32,000 nt of DNA. Origin: Vibrio alginolyticus NBRC 15630 = ATCC 17749. GTDB lineage: Bacteria; Pseudomonadota; Gammaproteobacteria; Enterobacterales; Vibrionaceae. Below, in pieces: positions 17,946 through 26,927 of the stretch. The notes beneath the pieces were generated by a model that made no database searches, was not told the origin of the DNA, and saw nothing but the letters and a program-made list of their open reading frames with translations. A program made the translations under genes and the position numbers. Each line of letters opens with the position of its first letter. The stretch's first letter is position 1. The stretch spans positions 1,440,001 to 1,472,000 of the forward strand of contig NC_022349.1 of assembly GCF_000354175.2 (NCBI RefSeq), read 5' to 3'.

Positions 17946-18848
17946 TTACTTGATGGCTAGCTCTGCGAGCATTTCTTGCGAAGGCGCGAAGAAGTACGCA
18001 CCAGTTACCGCTGTTGTGAAACGAAGCATTTGGTCTGTTTTACCATCTGTCACGCCGTACATACTTTCTAGCATCACTTTAATGTTATGAAGTGTATTGC
18101 AGTAAGAAATAAACAGCAGGCCATGAGGCCCTGTCACCGTCCCGTATGGTAAGCTGTGGCGAACAATCTTCAAACCTTTACCTTCTTCTTTGATATCAAC
18201 TCGACCAACGTGTGATGCAGCAGGAACGTCTTCTAGCTCGATAGAGTCTAGCTTGGTACGACCAATCACTTTTTCTTGCGCTTTGACATTCAATCGATTC
18301 CAAGCGGCAAGGTTATGTTCAAAGCGCTGAGCCATAACATAACTGCCTCCAGCAAATGGGCCCTCTTTTACTAGAGCCACATCAGCGCGAGCCTCCCCTT
18401 TCGGGTTTTCTGTGCCATCAATGAAGTCTGTCATATCACGAGCATCAAGGTAACGGTACCCATATGTTTCGTCCACAATGGTGACATCTTGTGCCGTCTC
18501 TTCTAGGAACTTACGCAACACGTAAAAATGCAAGTCGTGACGAGTCGAGTGACAGTGAATCAGTACATCTACGTCTGTTGCTGGAGCAACGATGTCACCT
18601 TCGCCAAGTTGAGTAAAATCAATAAGCTCTTCTGGCGCGTCTACATTAAGGTGTTCCCAAAACGATTTTGTGAATGCGATAGAAAGCGTCAGCGCTGCAC
18701 CCGGCTGGGTAATGTTTAACTCTTCCACCAACTTTGGCAGTGCTTTCAGTTTTTCTAATACGTTTTCACGGTTTTGGTTCACTTTGAGTTGAGTGTACAG
18801 TGCAAATGGCCCGGCTTCTGGCACGATCGCCGTTTGAGCTTGTGACAT
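17946..18848 (-). CDS. yfeX: Dyp-type haem peroxidase (YfeX-like)
   Basis: 300 aa from the ATG at 18846-18848, which has the ribosome-binding site GAGGAA. The Dyp GXXDG motif (FIDGTENP) and a distal Arg region are present, and the overall pattern is YfeX/EfeB-like. The upstream M in the ORF track lacks a ribosome-binding site. Confidence 0.85.
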   Translation of the reverse strand: MSQAQTAIVPEAGPFALYTQLKVNQNRENVLEKLKALPKLVEELNITQPGAALTLSIAFTKSFWEHLNVDAPEELIDFTQLGEGDIVAPATDVDVLIHCHSTRHDLHFYVLRKFLEETAQDVTIVDETYGYRYLDARDMTDFIDGTENPKGEARADVALVKEGPFAGGSYVMAQRFEHNLAAWNRLNVKAQEKVIGRTKLDSIELEDVPAASHVGRVDIKEEGKGLKIVRHSLPYGTVTGPHGLLFISYCNTLHNIKVMLESMYGVTDGKTDQMLRFTTAVTGAYFFAPSQEMLAELAIK

Positions 18849-18894
18849 TGAGGTTTCCTCTATTACTTTGCCCCAGAGTGGGAAGTTATTGTTT

Positions 18895-19413
18895 TTAATT
18901 CTTTGAATGCTGCTGTTCATCGTGCGCCAATTGTGGCACATGAAAACAGTCTTTTACCCATATTCCATTTAGAAGATAGATCATAAACCAAGCTAATAAG
19001 GTAATGGTAAGGGCGTTTGCCCAATTAAACACTCCATGTTCTAGGTACACATGATACATGGTCTGAGCAAGTTGAATACCGCACAAGATCAAAGTGATCT
19101 CGCGACCATAGCGAGTAATTCTGTTTACCCATCCTCTGTCGGGATGACGAAGCCCCATTAACCACATAAGAAGCAAACTTGGAATGCCCATCGCCAAACC
19201 TAAATACAACGTACTTGAATCTGGGTAAACAATAGCGAGTAGCTTGCTGCCACTATCACGACTTACACCAGCCATGGCAAACACCACCCATGAACGCACA
19301 AGAAACATCCATCCCACCCATAAAATGATCGGCGCCTTTAAAAATCCATGAGCGTCATATTGGTCAAACGAATAGCGCACAACATCTTCTTCTTTATGTG
19401 ATAAAAACGTCAC
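18895..19413 (-). CDS. Inner-membrane protein, DUF2919/YfeZ-like
   Basis: 172 aa with a GTG start and four predicted transmembrane helices. It lies directly upstream of the yfeX-like gene, mirroring the E. coli yfeX..yfeZ neighbourhood. The family assignment is from memory. Confidence 0.6.
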   Translation of the reverse strand: MTFLSHKEEDVVRYSFDQYDAHGFLKAPIILWVGWMFLVRSWVVFAMAGVSRDSGSKLLAIVYPDSSTLYLGLAMGIPSLLLMWLMGLRHPDRGWVNRITRYGREITLILCGIQLAQTMYHVYLEHGVFNWANALTITLLAWFMIYLLNGIWVKDCFHVPQLAHDEQQHSKN

Positions 19414-19512
19414 TTTAACCTATCGTTTCAGAGTTGCAAGCCAACAAAGATGAGAACTGAAGTTCATTTCAGCACCTTACACAGGTAAACTAAACAAAGA
19501 TTTACAGCGACG

Positions 19513-19878
19513 TTGATGAGAAACATGAAAAAAAGAACTCCTGCCACCCCTGTGCCTTCTCAAGAAACACAAGCCGAAGCGATGAGAATTGCTAAATCCA
19601 CGCAAAAGCCCGGCCAAACCAAAGAGCAAACCAAGCTCATCGCTCAAGGTATCGAAAAAGGCATCGCGCAATATAAGAAACAACAAAAAGAGCGCAACCG
19701 CCAAGCCGATAAAGCGAAGAAAAAACAGCAACGTGAAAAACAACGTCAGCATGAAGAGATTATCGAACAAGACAATATCACCAACGATGCGCCAAACCAT
19801 TCATCAAGCAAACTGCCTTGGACACTACTTGTCCTGAGCTGGATTGGCTTTGCTGCTTACATAGTATTGGGGAAATAG
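19513..19878 (+). CDS. Tail-anchored K/Q/E-rich protein (DUF2956-like)
   Basis: About 117-121 aa. The start is ambiguous (TTG 19513, ATG 19516 or ATG 19525). It has a highly charged N-terminal 95 aa and one C-terminal transmembrane helix (LPWTLLVLSWIGFAAYIVLG). Confidence 0.6.
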   Translation: MMRNMKKRTPATPVPSQETQAEAMRIAKSTQKPGQTKEQTKLIAQGIEKGIAQYKKQQKERNRQADKAKKKQQREKQRQHEEIIEQDNITNDAPNHSSSKLPWTLLVLSWIGFAAYIVLGK

Positions 19879-19881
19879 CTA

Positions 19882-20214
19882 ATGAAACGCCTGTTACTTG
19901 GACTTTTTGTCGTGCTTCTAACGGGTTGCACGATGCCATCTCACCTTACTCATGCTCAAAGTCAAGATGTTCATATTCGCATTGACGCGCAATTCGACCC
20001 TGAGCGATGCGAATACAAAGGCGAAGTCACCGGAAGTGAAGGCCATTGGTATAACTACATTTTCATGACTAATGACGCGATGATGCAAGGCGCGATGAAC
20101 GATTTAAAAAACAATGCAGCGGCTATCGATGCGGACACCGTTTTTATGGTTTCCCCACAAGATTTTATCACTTCATTTAGCGTACTGGGTTCCGCCTACC
20201 GCTGCAATGGATGA
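19882..20214 (+). CDS. Small lipoprotein (DUF4156-like)
   Basis: 110 aa with a signal peptide and lipobox LLTGC. It starts 3 nt after the preceding gene, so the two are probably one operon. Confidence 0.7.
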   Translation: MKRLLLGLFVVLLTGCTMPSHLTHAQSQDVHIRIDAQFDPERCEYKGEVTGSEGHWYNYIFMTNDAMMQGAMNDLKNNAAAIDADTVFMVSPQDFITSFSVLGSAYRCNG

Positions 20215-20230
20215 GGCCTGAATATGAAAA

Positions 20231-20250
20231 AAGCCAGCAATTGCTGGCTT
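20231..20250. terminator. Bidirectional terminator between convergent genes
   Basis: Perfect 20-bp palindrome AAGCCAGCAATTGCTGGCTT, flanked by an A-run upstream and overlapping the stop codon of the minus-strand gene. Confidence 0.65.
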
Positions 20251-20536
20251 ATGCACGAAATCCAAGACTGCTAGCGATATCTCTCTCCCGCTCTAGAACC
20301 CATTGGCTATCAAAAGGCCCCCAATCTGAAAGTTGATAATAGCCGTCATTATGACGTCGGCCATCTTGAACGAATATGAGTTCAATGCCGATCCCAGGTA
20401 ACGCCTTGAGTACATCTTGAATAGTACGACGAGGCCACCCCGTTTTTTCGATCAACTTTGGCACATTCGGCCTTTCTAGGTTTTCCACCAACAAGGCCAA
20501 ATATAGCCGCCTTGCAAAAACAGGACTCAATTCCAT
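20249..20536 (-). CDS. Small winged-helix / HTH DNA-binding protein
   Basis: 95 aa from the ATG at 20534-20536, with AGGAGG 5 nt upstream. An HTH-like segment is present (LIEKTGWPRRTIQDVLKAL). No specific family was recognised. Confidence 0.6.
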   Translation of the reverse strand: MELSPVFARRLYLALLVENLERPNVPKLIEKTGWPRRTIQDVLKALPGIGIELIFVQDGRRHNDGYYQLSDWGPFDSQWVLERERDIASSLGFRA

Positions 20537-20827
20537 TGACACCTCCTAAAATTGTGCTGATTCATTATTTCGTTTTTGCTCAGCGAGGTGTTGCGTTTGA
20601 TCAATAACTCGACTTTTCCATTTTATTTAGACGAATTTTTATTCGATTTATAGCGCATTCATCGTAAATAAGTTATGTGACATTAGTTATCTCAATCTAT
20701 CTGAAAATATTTTCCACCGCATTTTGTCAGTTTGATTGCTTCTTGATAGGATGCTTTAACAGCCCAAATCACTTAAGTGCGTCTTAACCGCGCCAGTGAA
20801 AAATAGAACAAAGAAAAAGGAAACACT

Positions 20828-21178
20828 ATGTCGATTACCATGTTTGGTATTCCCAACTGCGATACGATCAAAAAAGCCAAGAAATGGTTAGAAGCCGAGG
20901 ATATTGCTTACGACTTCCATGACTACCGTAAGCAAGGCATTGATGCAGAAATGGTAAGTGAATTTTGTCGCGCTTTAGGTTGGGAACAGGTGCTCAATAA
21001 ACGTGGCACAACCTACCGCCAATTAGCGCAAGAGCAGAAAGACACACTTAACGAGGAAAACGCCATCGCTCTTTTGGTAGAAAACCCTGCGATGATTAAA
21101 CGCCCAATTTTAAAAGTGAATGATCAACTTCATATCGGTTTTAAAGCTGATCAATACGCTAGCATTTTCAACTCTTAA
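20828..21178 (+). CDS. yffB: ArsC/Spx-family thiol reductase YffB
   Basis: 116 aa with an N-terminal GIPNCDTIKKAKKWL motif. It is directly upstream of dapE, as in E. coli. Confidence 0.85.
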   Translation: MSITMFGIPNCDTIKKAKKWLEAEDIAYDFHDYRKQGIDAEMVSEFCRALGWEQVLNKRGTTYRQLAQEQKDTLNEENAIALLVENPAMIKRPILKVNDQLHIGFKADQYASIFNS

Positions 21179-21196
21179 ATAAAGGAATACTCAAGG

Positions 21197-22333
21197 ATGA
21201 CAGACAGTCCAGTATTGGCACTTGCTAAAGATCTGATCAGTAGACAGTCCGTAACGCCGGAAGACGCAGGTTGTCAGGATTTGATGATCGAGCGCTTAAA
21301 AGCACTCGGGTTTGAAATTGAAGTGATGGTATTTGAAGACACCACGAACTTCTGGGCTCGACGTGGTTCAGAAGCGCCGCTATTTGCGTTTGCTGGCCAC
21401 ACCGATGTGGTACCAGCTGGCAAATTGGAACACTGGAATACACATCCGTTTGAACCGACCATTATTGATGGTTACTTGCATGGCCGCGGCGCAGCTGACA
21501 TGAAAGGGTCACTCGCCGCTATGGTTGTTGCAGTTGAACGCTTTATCGCCGAAAACCCAGATCACAAAGGCTCAATTGGCTTCTTAATTACGTCGGATGA
21601 AGAAGGGCCATTTATCAACGGTACCGTTCGTGTTGTAGAAACGTTGATGGAACGTGGTGAGAACATCGATATGTGTATTGTTGGTGAACCATCCAGCACC
21701 GAAGTGGTTGGCGATGTAGTGAAAAATGGACGCCGTGGATCCATCACTGGTGATTTAACGGTAAAAGGAACACAAGGCCACGTGGCCTACCCTCACCTAG
21801 CCAGCAATCCAGTGCATGAGTCTCTACTCGCGATTCATGAACTCGCGACGACAGAATGGGACAAAGGGAATGATTACTTCCCACCGACCAGTTTCCAGAT
21901 CCCGAATGTATCGGCTGGCACTGGTGCGTCTAACGTTATTCCTGGCGAGTTCCATGTTCAGTTCAACCTACGTTTTAGTACTGAGCTTAACAATGACGCA
22001 ATTGTTCAGCGTGTTACCGAAACATTGGACAAGCATGAGCTGGACTACGACCTAAAATGGACATTCAACGGTGACCCATTCCTGACCGATACGGGCGCAC
22101 TGCTAGACGCGGTTGTAGCTGCAGTGGCCGAAGTCAATGATACGAAGCCAGCGCTACTTACAACTGGCGGTACGTCTGATGGTCGTTTTATTGCTCGAAT
22201 GGGAGGTCAAGTCGTAGAGTTAGGCCCTGTTAACGCTACGATTCATAAAGTGAACGAGTGTGTGAAAGTCGACGATCTTGAAAAGTTGACGGACATGTAC
22301 GAAAACACGTTGAAGCACCTATTGGCGAAGTAA
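21197..22333 (+). CDS. dapE: Succinyl-diaminopimelate desuccinylase DapE
   Basis: 378 aa, M20 peptidase with motifs [20 protein letters not shown] and GGTSDGRF. The protein resembles DapE along its whole length. Confidence 0.95.
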   Translation: MTDSPVLALAKDLISRQSVTPEDAGCQDLMIERLKALGFEIEVMVFEDTTNFWARRGSEAPLFAFAGHTDVVPAGKLEHWNTHPFEPTIIDGYLHGRGAADMKGSLAAMVVAVERFIAENPDHKGSIGFLITSDEEGPFINGTVRVVETLMERGENIDMCIVGEPSSTEVVGDVVKNGRRGSITGDLTVKGTQGHVAYPHLASNPVHESLLAIHELATTEWDKGNDYFPPTSFQIPNVSAGTGASNVIPGEFHVQFNLRFSTELNNDAIVQRVTETLDKHELDYDLKWTFNGDPFLTDTGALLDAVVAAVAEVNDTKPALLTTGGTSDGRFIARMGGQVVELGPVNATIHKVNECVKVDDLEKLTDMYENTLKHLLAK

Positions 22334-22347
22334 TCAGCGAGAACACA

Positions 22348-23046
22348 ATGACACCAGAGCAACTCACCGGAATCACTGATTCCCATCTTCAATCCACTTT
22401 AGTGGATCAAAAAGCGTTTCTACTCCACCCTGAAGTGGCTGACGATCTGCTAAAGATGATTGAAGCGGCAACAGAAGCAGGTTTCAAAATGGAAATCGCC
22501 AGTGGTTTTCGTGACTTTAATCGCCAAAAAGCCATCTGGAACGGGAAGTTTTCTGGTGAGTTGCCAATTCTCGACATCAACTCCCGCCCTTTGAATAAAG
22601 CAGAGTTAAATGACAAAGAGAAATTGATGGCCATTTTGCGCTGGTCGGCATTGCCCGGAGGAAGTCGTCATCATTGGGGTTGTGATTTTGATGTCTATGC
22701 GCACAATTTATTGCCTGCTGACACAAGACTCAAGTTGGAACCTTGGGAGTATCTTGAAGGCCACCAGCAGGCGTTCAACCAATGGTTAAAAGCCAACCTT
22801 GGTCGGTTCGGTTTCTTCTTTCCTTATCAACATGATTTAGGTGGCGTTTCGATTGAGCCTTGGCACATTAGTCACCGCGCTGTCGGGCAGCAATGCCTCG
22901 AGCAGTTGACGCTTGATGTACTCAGAAGCCAGTTGATTAAACAAAATCAGACCGACAACATTGCAGGGATTGACGTCATACTGAATAATTTGGATAACGT
23001 CGTTGCCAAATTTATTCACAATATCACGCCGCCGGAGGCTCTATGA
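22348..23046 (+). CDS. M15-family (VanY-like) D,D- or L,D-carboxypeptidase
   Basis: 232 aa with the zinc-ligand pattern SRHHWG...DFD...EPWHIS, characteristic of M15B peptidoglycan peptidases. Confidence 0.8.
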   Translation: MTPEQLTGITDSHLQSTLVDQKAFLLHPEVADDLLKMIEAATEAGFKMEIASGFRDFNRQKAIWNGKFSGELPILDINSRPLNKAELNDKEKLMAILRWSALPGGSRHHWGCDFDVYAHNLLPADTRLKLEPWEYLEGHQQAFNQWLKANLGRFGFFFPYQHDLGGVSIEPWHISHRAVGQQCLEQLTLDVLRSQLIKQNQTDNIAGIDVILNNLDNVVAKFIHNITPPEAL

Positions 23047-23246
23047 TAGAAATACTAACCAATCCTTGGGTCATTATTATTGTAGTGTTGAGCGTGGTCA
23101 TTGGTAATATTGCCGCACTCAAATATACCGCAAAAATGAAGTTTGGTCAGATGGATAAAAGCCGTAAGAACGATTTAGATAAGCTGAACACATTGGATAA
23201 ACAGCGCTACGCTGAAGAAGATAAAAACAAAAACGAGCCTCGTTAG
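23043..23246 (+). CDS. Small single-pass membrane protein (YpfN/DUF2897-like)
   Basis: 67 aa with an N-terminal transmembrane helix and a charged C-terminal tail. The ATGA start overlaps the upstream stop. It occupies the same position after dapE as E. coli ypfN. Confidence 0.55.
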   Translation: MIEILTNPWVIIIVVLSVVIGNIAALKYTAKMKFGQMDKSRKNDLDKLNTLDKQRYAEEDKNKNEPR

Positions 23247-23287
23247 TTACTCACCAGCTTCATCTCGACACATTTAATCTAAACATC

Positions 23288-23313
23288 AAAAAAGGGACCA
23301 CTAGGTCCCTTTT
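23288..23313. terminator. Bidirectional rho-independent terminator (dapE operon / bamC)
   Basis: Stem AAAGGGACC / GGTCCCTTT with an ACTA loop, an A-run before it and a T-run after it. Confidence 0.78.
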
Positions 23314-23352
23314 CTATCATTAAGTAAACACGCCGCGTTAAGCTCGCTTTGT

Positions 23353-24372
23353 TTACTGCTTCACTGTTGCAGCCAATACAGGCGCTAGTGATTTCAAAAA
23401 CTCTTCTTCTACTGGCTTGCCAGAGGAGTCGGTGATATTGATAGACGTACGGTTGCCTAAATCACCAAGTAAGAATGTGTACTTACCAGCGGCTAACTCC
23501 ACTGGTTTAACGCCGATATCGTTCCAGAATTCATCATCCGGAGATGCATATTTCGCAGTGATTGTGCCCTGAGACTGGCTACGCTCTTCAATCTTAAAGC
23601 CCATCTTAGGTAGAATATTAGGCAGACGTTGCCAAAGCATGTTGTATTGCGCACGCGCGATAATCACTGGAAGTCCGCTGCGGTCTTTACCCATTGTGAT
23701 TGGGATCTGTTTAACCAACTCTTGCGCTTTACGCTGTGCTTCTTCACGCACTTCTTGATCGTAGCGAGCGGTGACCAAGTTCGTCATGAACACATTGTAG
23801 CGCTCACGGTTGGTCGCCGTTACTTCTTTCACTTGATTGCCTTCACGCCAGTCAATAAGGCTCACCTTAAAGCCGTGTCGACCATTTGCTTCAGCGCGTA
23901 CGATTTCATATCGGCTGCCAATTTCTAGCTCTTCATCTGGCGAATCCCAAGTCACCCATCCTGTCTCGATGCGAGAGTCTGTTTGGCTTTCAACTGGAAT
24001 CTCGTTAGCCGCGACCATGTTTTGCACCGTTTGCCAAACTTTATCTAGTTCATCTTTACGAAGTAGCCAAAGTGTCACTTCACCATCACTACTGCGGTCT
24101 AGACGTGCACCGGGAATAAGCTCTAGGACTTGTTGAGGTGGACGAATGTCGACATCTTTACCGACACCACCAGCGTAGTTACCCTGAGGGATCTCGTAGT
24201 TAGGGTAAAACTGAGGCTGTGCACCCTTTGGGACATTCCACTCACCCAAATTTGGGGAGTTCAAATACTCGAAGTCATCTTTTGCTTGACGACGTTGATT
24301 GGCACCACCTGAACAGGCAGTCAATACGAATACAGCTAATGAACTTAACACTAACTGGCTTGAAAGCTTCAT
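23353..24372 (-). CDS. bamC: Outer-membrane protein assembly lipoprotein BamC (NlpB)
   Basis: 339 aa with a signal peptide and lipobox VLTACSG. It is downstream of dapA, the conserved dapA-bamC arrangement. Confidence 0.85.
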   Translation of the reverse strand: MKLSSQLVLSSLAVFVLTACSGGANQRRQAKDDFEYLNSPNLGEWNVPKGAQPQFYPNYEIPQGNYAGGVGKDVDIRPPQQVLELIPGARLDRSSDGEVTLWLLRKDELDKVWQTVQNMVAANEIPVESQTDSRIETGWVTWDSPDEELEIGSRYEIVRAEANGRHGFKVSLIDWREGNQVKEVTATNRERYNVFMTNLVTARYDQEVREEAQRKAQELVKQIPITMGKDRSGLPVIIARAQYNMLWQRLPNILPKMGFKIEERSQSQGTITAKYASPDDEFWNDIGVKPVELAAGKYTFLLGDLGNRTSINITDSSGKPVEEEFLKSLAPVLAATVKQ

Positions 24373-24417
24373 CTATACTCCTAAAACACCGAGGGCGCTT
24401 TGGCCCCCAGTATGAAC

Positions 24418-24473
24418 TTCAATCCTAGTAACTCAATCTTAATAGCTCAATCTTAATAGCTCAATCTTAATAA
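24418..24473. repeat. 14-bp tandem repeat: three exact or near-exact copies plus one degenerate copy
   Basis: CTCAATCTTAATAG occurs at 24432-24445 and 24446-24459. CTCAATCTTAATAA occurs at 24460-24473. A 10/14 copy, TTCAATCCTAGTAA, occurs at 24418-24431. The last unit contains the dapA stop codon (24467-24469). Confidence 0.9.
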
Positions 24474-25345
24474 ATATGGGCGTCTGTTAGCGCCTGCTCG
24501 ACGATCGGCTGCGATTTTTCAGAAAGCGTAGTTAAAGGAAGACGCAAACCACCTTCTTCAATCAAACCAAGCTTTTGCGCTGCCCATTTTACTGGGATAG
24601 GGCTTGCTTCGATGAAAAGGTTTTTGTGTAGAGTCATCAAGCGTTGGTTAATCGCTTCTGCTTCTTCGTACTTACCTTCACTTGCCAAATGGAACATGTC
24701 TGCCATGTCTTTAGCTGCAATATTGTTCGTTACCGAGATAACACCATTGCCGCCAAGTTTCACAAAATCCAGCCCTGTCGCATCATCGCCACTTAGTAAG
24801 ATAAAATCTTCGCCACAAAGTTCACGATGAATTGCAATTCGTTCCAAATCGCCCGTTGCATCTTTTAGAGCCACGATATTATCAAGCTTTGACAAGCGTG
24901 CCACTGTTTCTGGCTGCATATCAACAGCAGTACGGCCTGGTACGTTGTACAAAATTAGAGGCACATCACTCGCTTCGGCAATTGCCTTGTAATGTAGAAA
25001 CAAACCCTCTTGAGTTGGTTTGTTGTAATACGGTGTCACACTCAGGAAGCCAGCAATACCAGAATCAGCCAGTAATTTGCTAAATGTTACTGCCTCATGG
25101 GTAGCATTTGCACCCGTGCCAGCAATCACAGGGATGCGACCGTCGGCAAACTCAACAGTTTTATTAACGACCTTTACATGCTCTTCAATGGTCAGTGTCG
25201 CTGACTCACCTGTTGTGCCTACTGCCACAATACCGTCTGTACCCGCTTCAACGTGGTACTCTACTAGCTTTTGCAGACCATCAAAGTCTACTTCGCCATC
25301 TGCTTTGAATGGCGTAATCAGCGCTACGATACTTCCTGAAAACAT
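24467..25345 (-). CDS. dapA: 4-hydroxy-tetrahydrodipicolinate synthase DapA
   Basis: 292 aa from [13 protein letters not shown], with GAGGGAG upstream as ribosome-binding site. Motifs GTTGES and the active-site Lys region (ALKDATG) are present. The five extra codons in the ORF track are unsupported. Confidence 0.96.
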   Translation of the reverse strand: MFSGSIVALITPFKADGEVDFDGLQKLVEYHVEAGTDGIVAVGTTGESATLTIEEHVKVVNKTVEFADGRIPVIAGTGANATHEAVTFSKLLADSGIAGFLSVTPYYNKPTQEGLFLHYKAIAEASDVPLILYNVPGRTAVDMQPETVARLSKLDNIVALKDATGDLERIAIHRELCGEDFILLSGDDATGLDFVKLGGNGVISVTNNIAAKDMADMFHLASEGKYEEAEAINQRLMTLHKNLFIEASPIPVKWAAQKLGLIEEGGLRLPLTTLSEKSQPIVEQALTDAHIY

Positions 25346-25820
25346 GTTTATCTCCCTCATTTAACTCTTTCTGCATGGTACTGTAATGCGATTGAAAAAC
25401 ACAAGAGCGTAAACTCGCTTACAAAGTACAAATGAATGAATAATTACCAGTTGTTAGAGGTCTAGCAACTTAATTGCTCTATTTGGTTTGATTAACGGCA
25501 ATATTGATAATCGTGTTGGGCTTTCGAGTGACTTTAGAATCTATCAGTGATTTGGAAAATACTGAAGAGCACAAGCAAGGAAAATATACTCTTTGGTCTT
25601 GTTAGCCAAGTCAGATCTAAGTGAATAAAACGGCCAGACAATAGGCAAGCACATCATGCAAACGTTTTGTTTATCCTGTAGCCTGCATTTACTGTTTATT
25701 TCCCACCGCTCCCCTCAACATCCTCCTGCTTTTTATAGACTAAAAAAGAACTGGCTCGATATTTCTTCGCAATATCTGTGCTAACATCTCTCTATTGAAG
25801 AAAGGACAAGAAGCTCATTT

Positions 25821-26363
25821 ATGAAGCAACATCTGGTACTTACAGCAGTTGGAACGGACCGTCCAGGCATTTGTAACCAAGTCGTACAGCTCGTTACTCA
25901 AGCTGGTTGTAACATAGTCGATAGCCGTATCGCTATCTTTGGCAGCGAATTTACGCTGATCATGCTCCTGACTGGGAACGCCAGCAGCGTGACTCGAGTT
26001 GAAACGCAATTGCCCCTGCTTGGCCAAGAACATGACCTTATTACGATCATGAAACGCACAGCGGCGCACGAACTGCTCGATAACAGCTACACCATGGAAG
26101 TGTTTATTGAGTCTGAAGACCGCCCTGGGTTAACTGAAAAATTTACTAAGTTCTTCGCTGATCAGCAGATTGGTTTAGACTCTCTTAGTGCGCAAACCAT
26201 CAGCAAGTCGAAAATTCAACTCGATTCTGACCAGTTTCACATTGCGATTACTGCATCTGTAAGCGCGGATTTTAATTTGATGCAGTTACAAGAAGACTTC
26301 GATGAACTTTGTAAGTCGCTCAACGTACAAGGTTCTCTGAATTTCATTAAAAACACACTATAA
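25821..26363 (+). CDS. gcvR: Glycine cleavage system transcriptional repressor GcvR (tandem ACT domains)
   Basis: 180 aa. It starts LVLTAVGTDRPGICNQV and has a second ACT-like repeat. It is divergent from dapA and upstream of bcp, as in E. coli. Confidence 0.85.
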   Translation: MKQHLVLTAVGTDRPGICNQVVQLVTQAGCNIVDSRIAIFGSEFTLIMLLTGNASSVTRVETQLPLLGQEHDLITIMKRTAAHELLDNSYTMEVFIESEDRPGLTEKFTKFFADQQIGLDSLSAQTISKSKIQLDSDQFHIAITASVSADFNLMQLQEDFDELCKSLNVQGSLNFIKNTL

Positions 26364-26379
26364 AGTAAAGGAAATCAAA

Positions 26380-26850
26380 ATGAATACGCTGACAGCAGGC
26401 TCGCCAGCGCCAGCCTTCTCTTTGCTCGACCAAGACGGAAATACCGTTTCTCTTGAAGACTTTAAAGGCAAGAAAGTACTTTTCTACTTTTACCCTAAGG
26501 CGATGACGCCGGGTTGTACTACACAAGCAAAAGGCCTTCGTGACATCAAAGCTGAACTCGATGCACATAACGTGGTAGTACTCGGCGTAAGCATCGACCC
26601 TGTAAAGCGCCTAGGCAAGTTCATCGAGCGCGATGATTTAAACTTCACTCTGCTTTCTGATGAAGACCATGCCGTTGCAGACCAGTTCGGCGTTTGGGGC
26701 GAAAAGAAATTCATGGGCAAAGTATACGACGGTCTTCACCGCATTAGCTTTCTGATCAATGAAGAAGGCGTGATCGAACACGTGTTTAACAAGTTCAAAA
26801 CCAAAGATCACCACGAAGTCGTATTAAACTACTTAAACGAAAACGCTTAA
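26380..26850 (+). CDS. bcp: Thiol peroxidase Bcp (peroxiredoxin Q family)
   Basis: 156 aa with the peroxidatic Cys motif PKAMTPGCTTQA. Confidence 0.93.
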   Translation: MNTLTAGSPAPAFSLLDQDGNTVSLEDFKGKKVLFYFYPKAMTPGCTTQAKGLRDIKAELDAHNVVVLGVSIDPVKRLGKFIERDDLNFTLLSDEDHAVADQFGVWGEKKFMGKVYDGLHRISFLINEEGVIEHVFNKFKTKDHHEVVLNYLNENA

Positions 26851-26874
26851 ACGCTATTGTTTTTCTACAAACAA

Positions 26875-26899
26875 AAAGCCCAGCAAACTGCTGGGCTTT
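26875..26899. terminator. Bidirectional terminator between bcp and perM
   Basis: Stem AAAGCCCAGCA / TGCTGGGCTTT with an AAC loop, followed by CTTTT and preceded by an A-run. Confidence 0.82.
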
Positions 26900-26927
26900 C
26901 TTTTAACCATCGTACCTTTGGTAACAA

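Noticed and set aside
19477-19837. 107-aa minus-strand F/L-rich ORF and 82-aa plus-strand alternative frame overlapping the DUF2956-like gene
   Set aside because: The F/L-rich product is the mirror image of AAA/GAA/CAA-rich Lys/Glu/Gln codons. The plus-strand gene has a coherent charged domain plus a transmembrane anchor.
25656-25784. 42-codon ATG ORF (MQTFCLSCSLHLLFISHRSPQHPPAFYRLKKNWLDISSQYLC) in the dapA-gcvR spacer
   Set aside because: It has no convincing Shine-Dalgarno sequence and no recognisable family. It is mentioned only as something ribosome profiling could test.
25815-26069. 84-aa minus-strand ORF overlapping the start of gcvR
   Set aside because: It is antisense to gcvR, which has conserved context and ACT-domain sequence.
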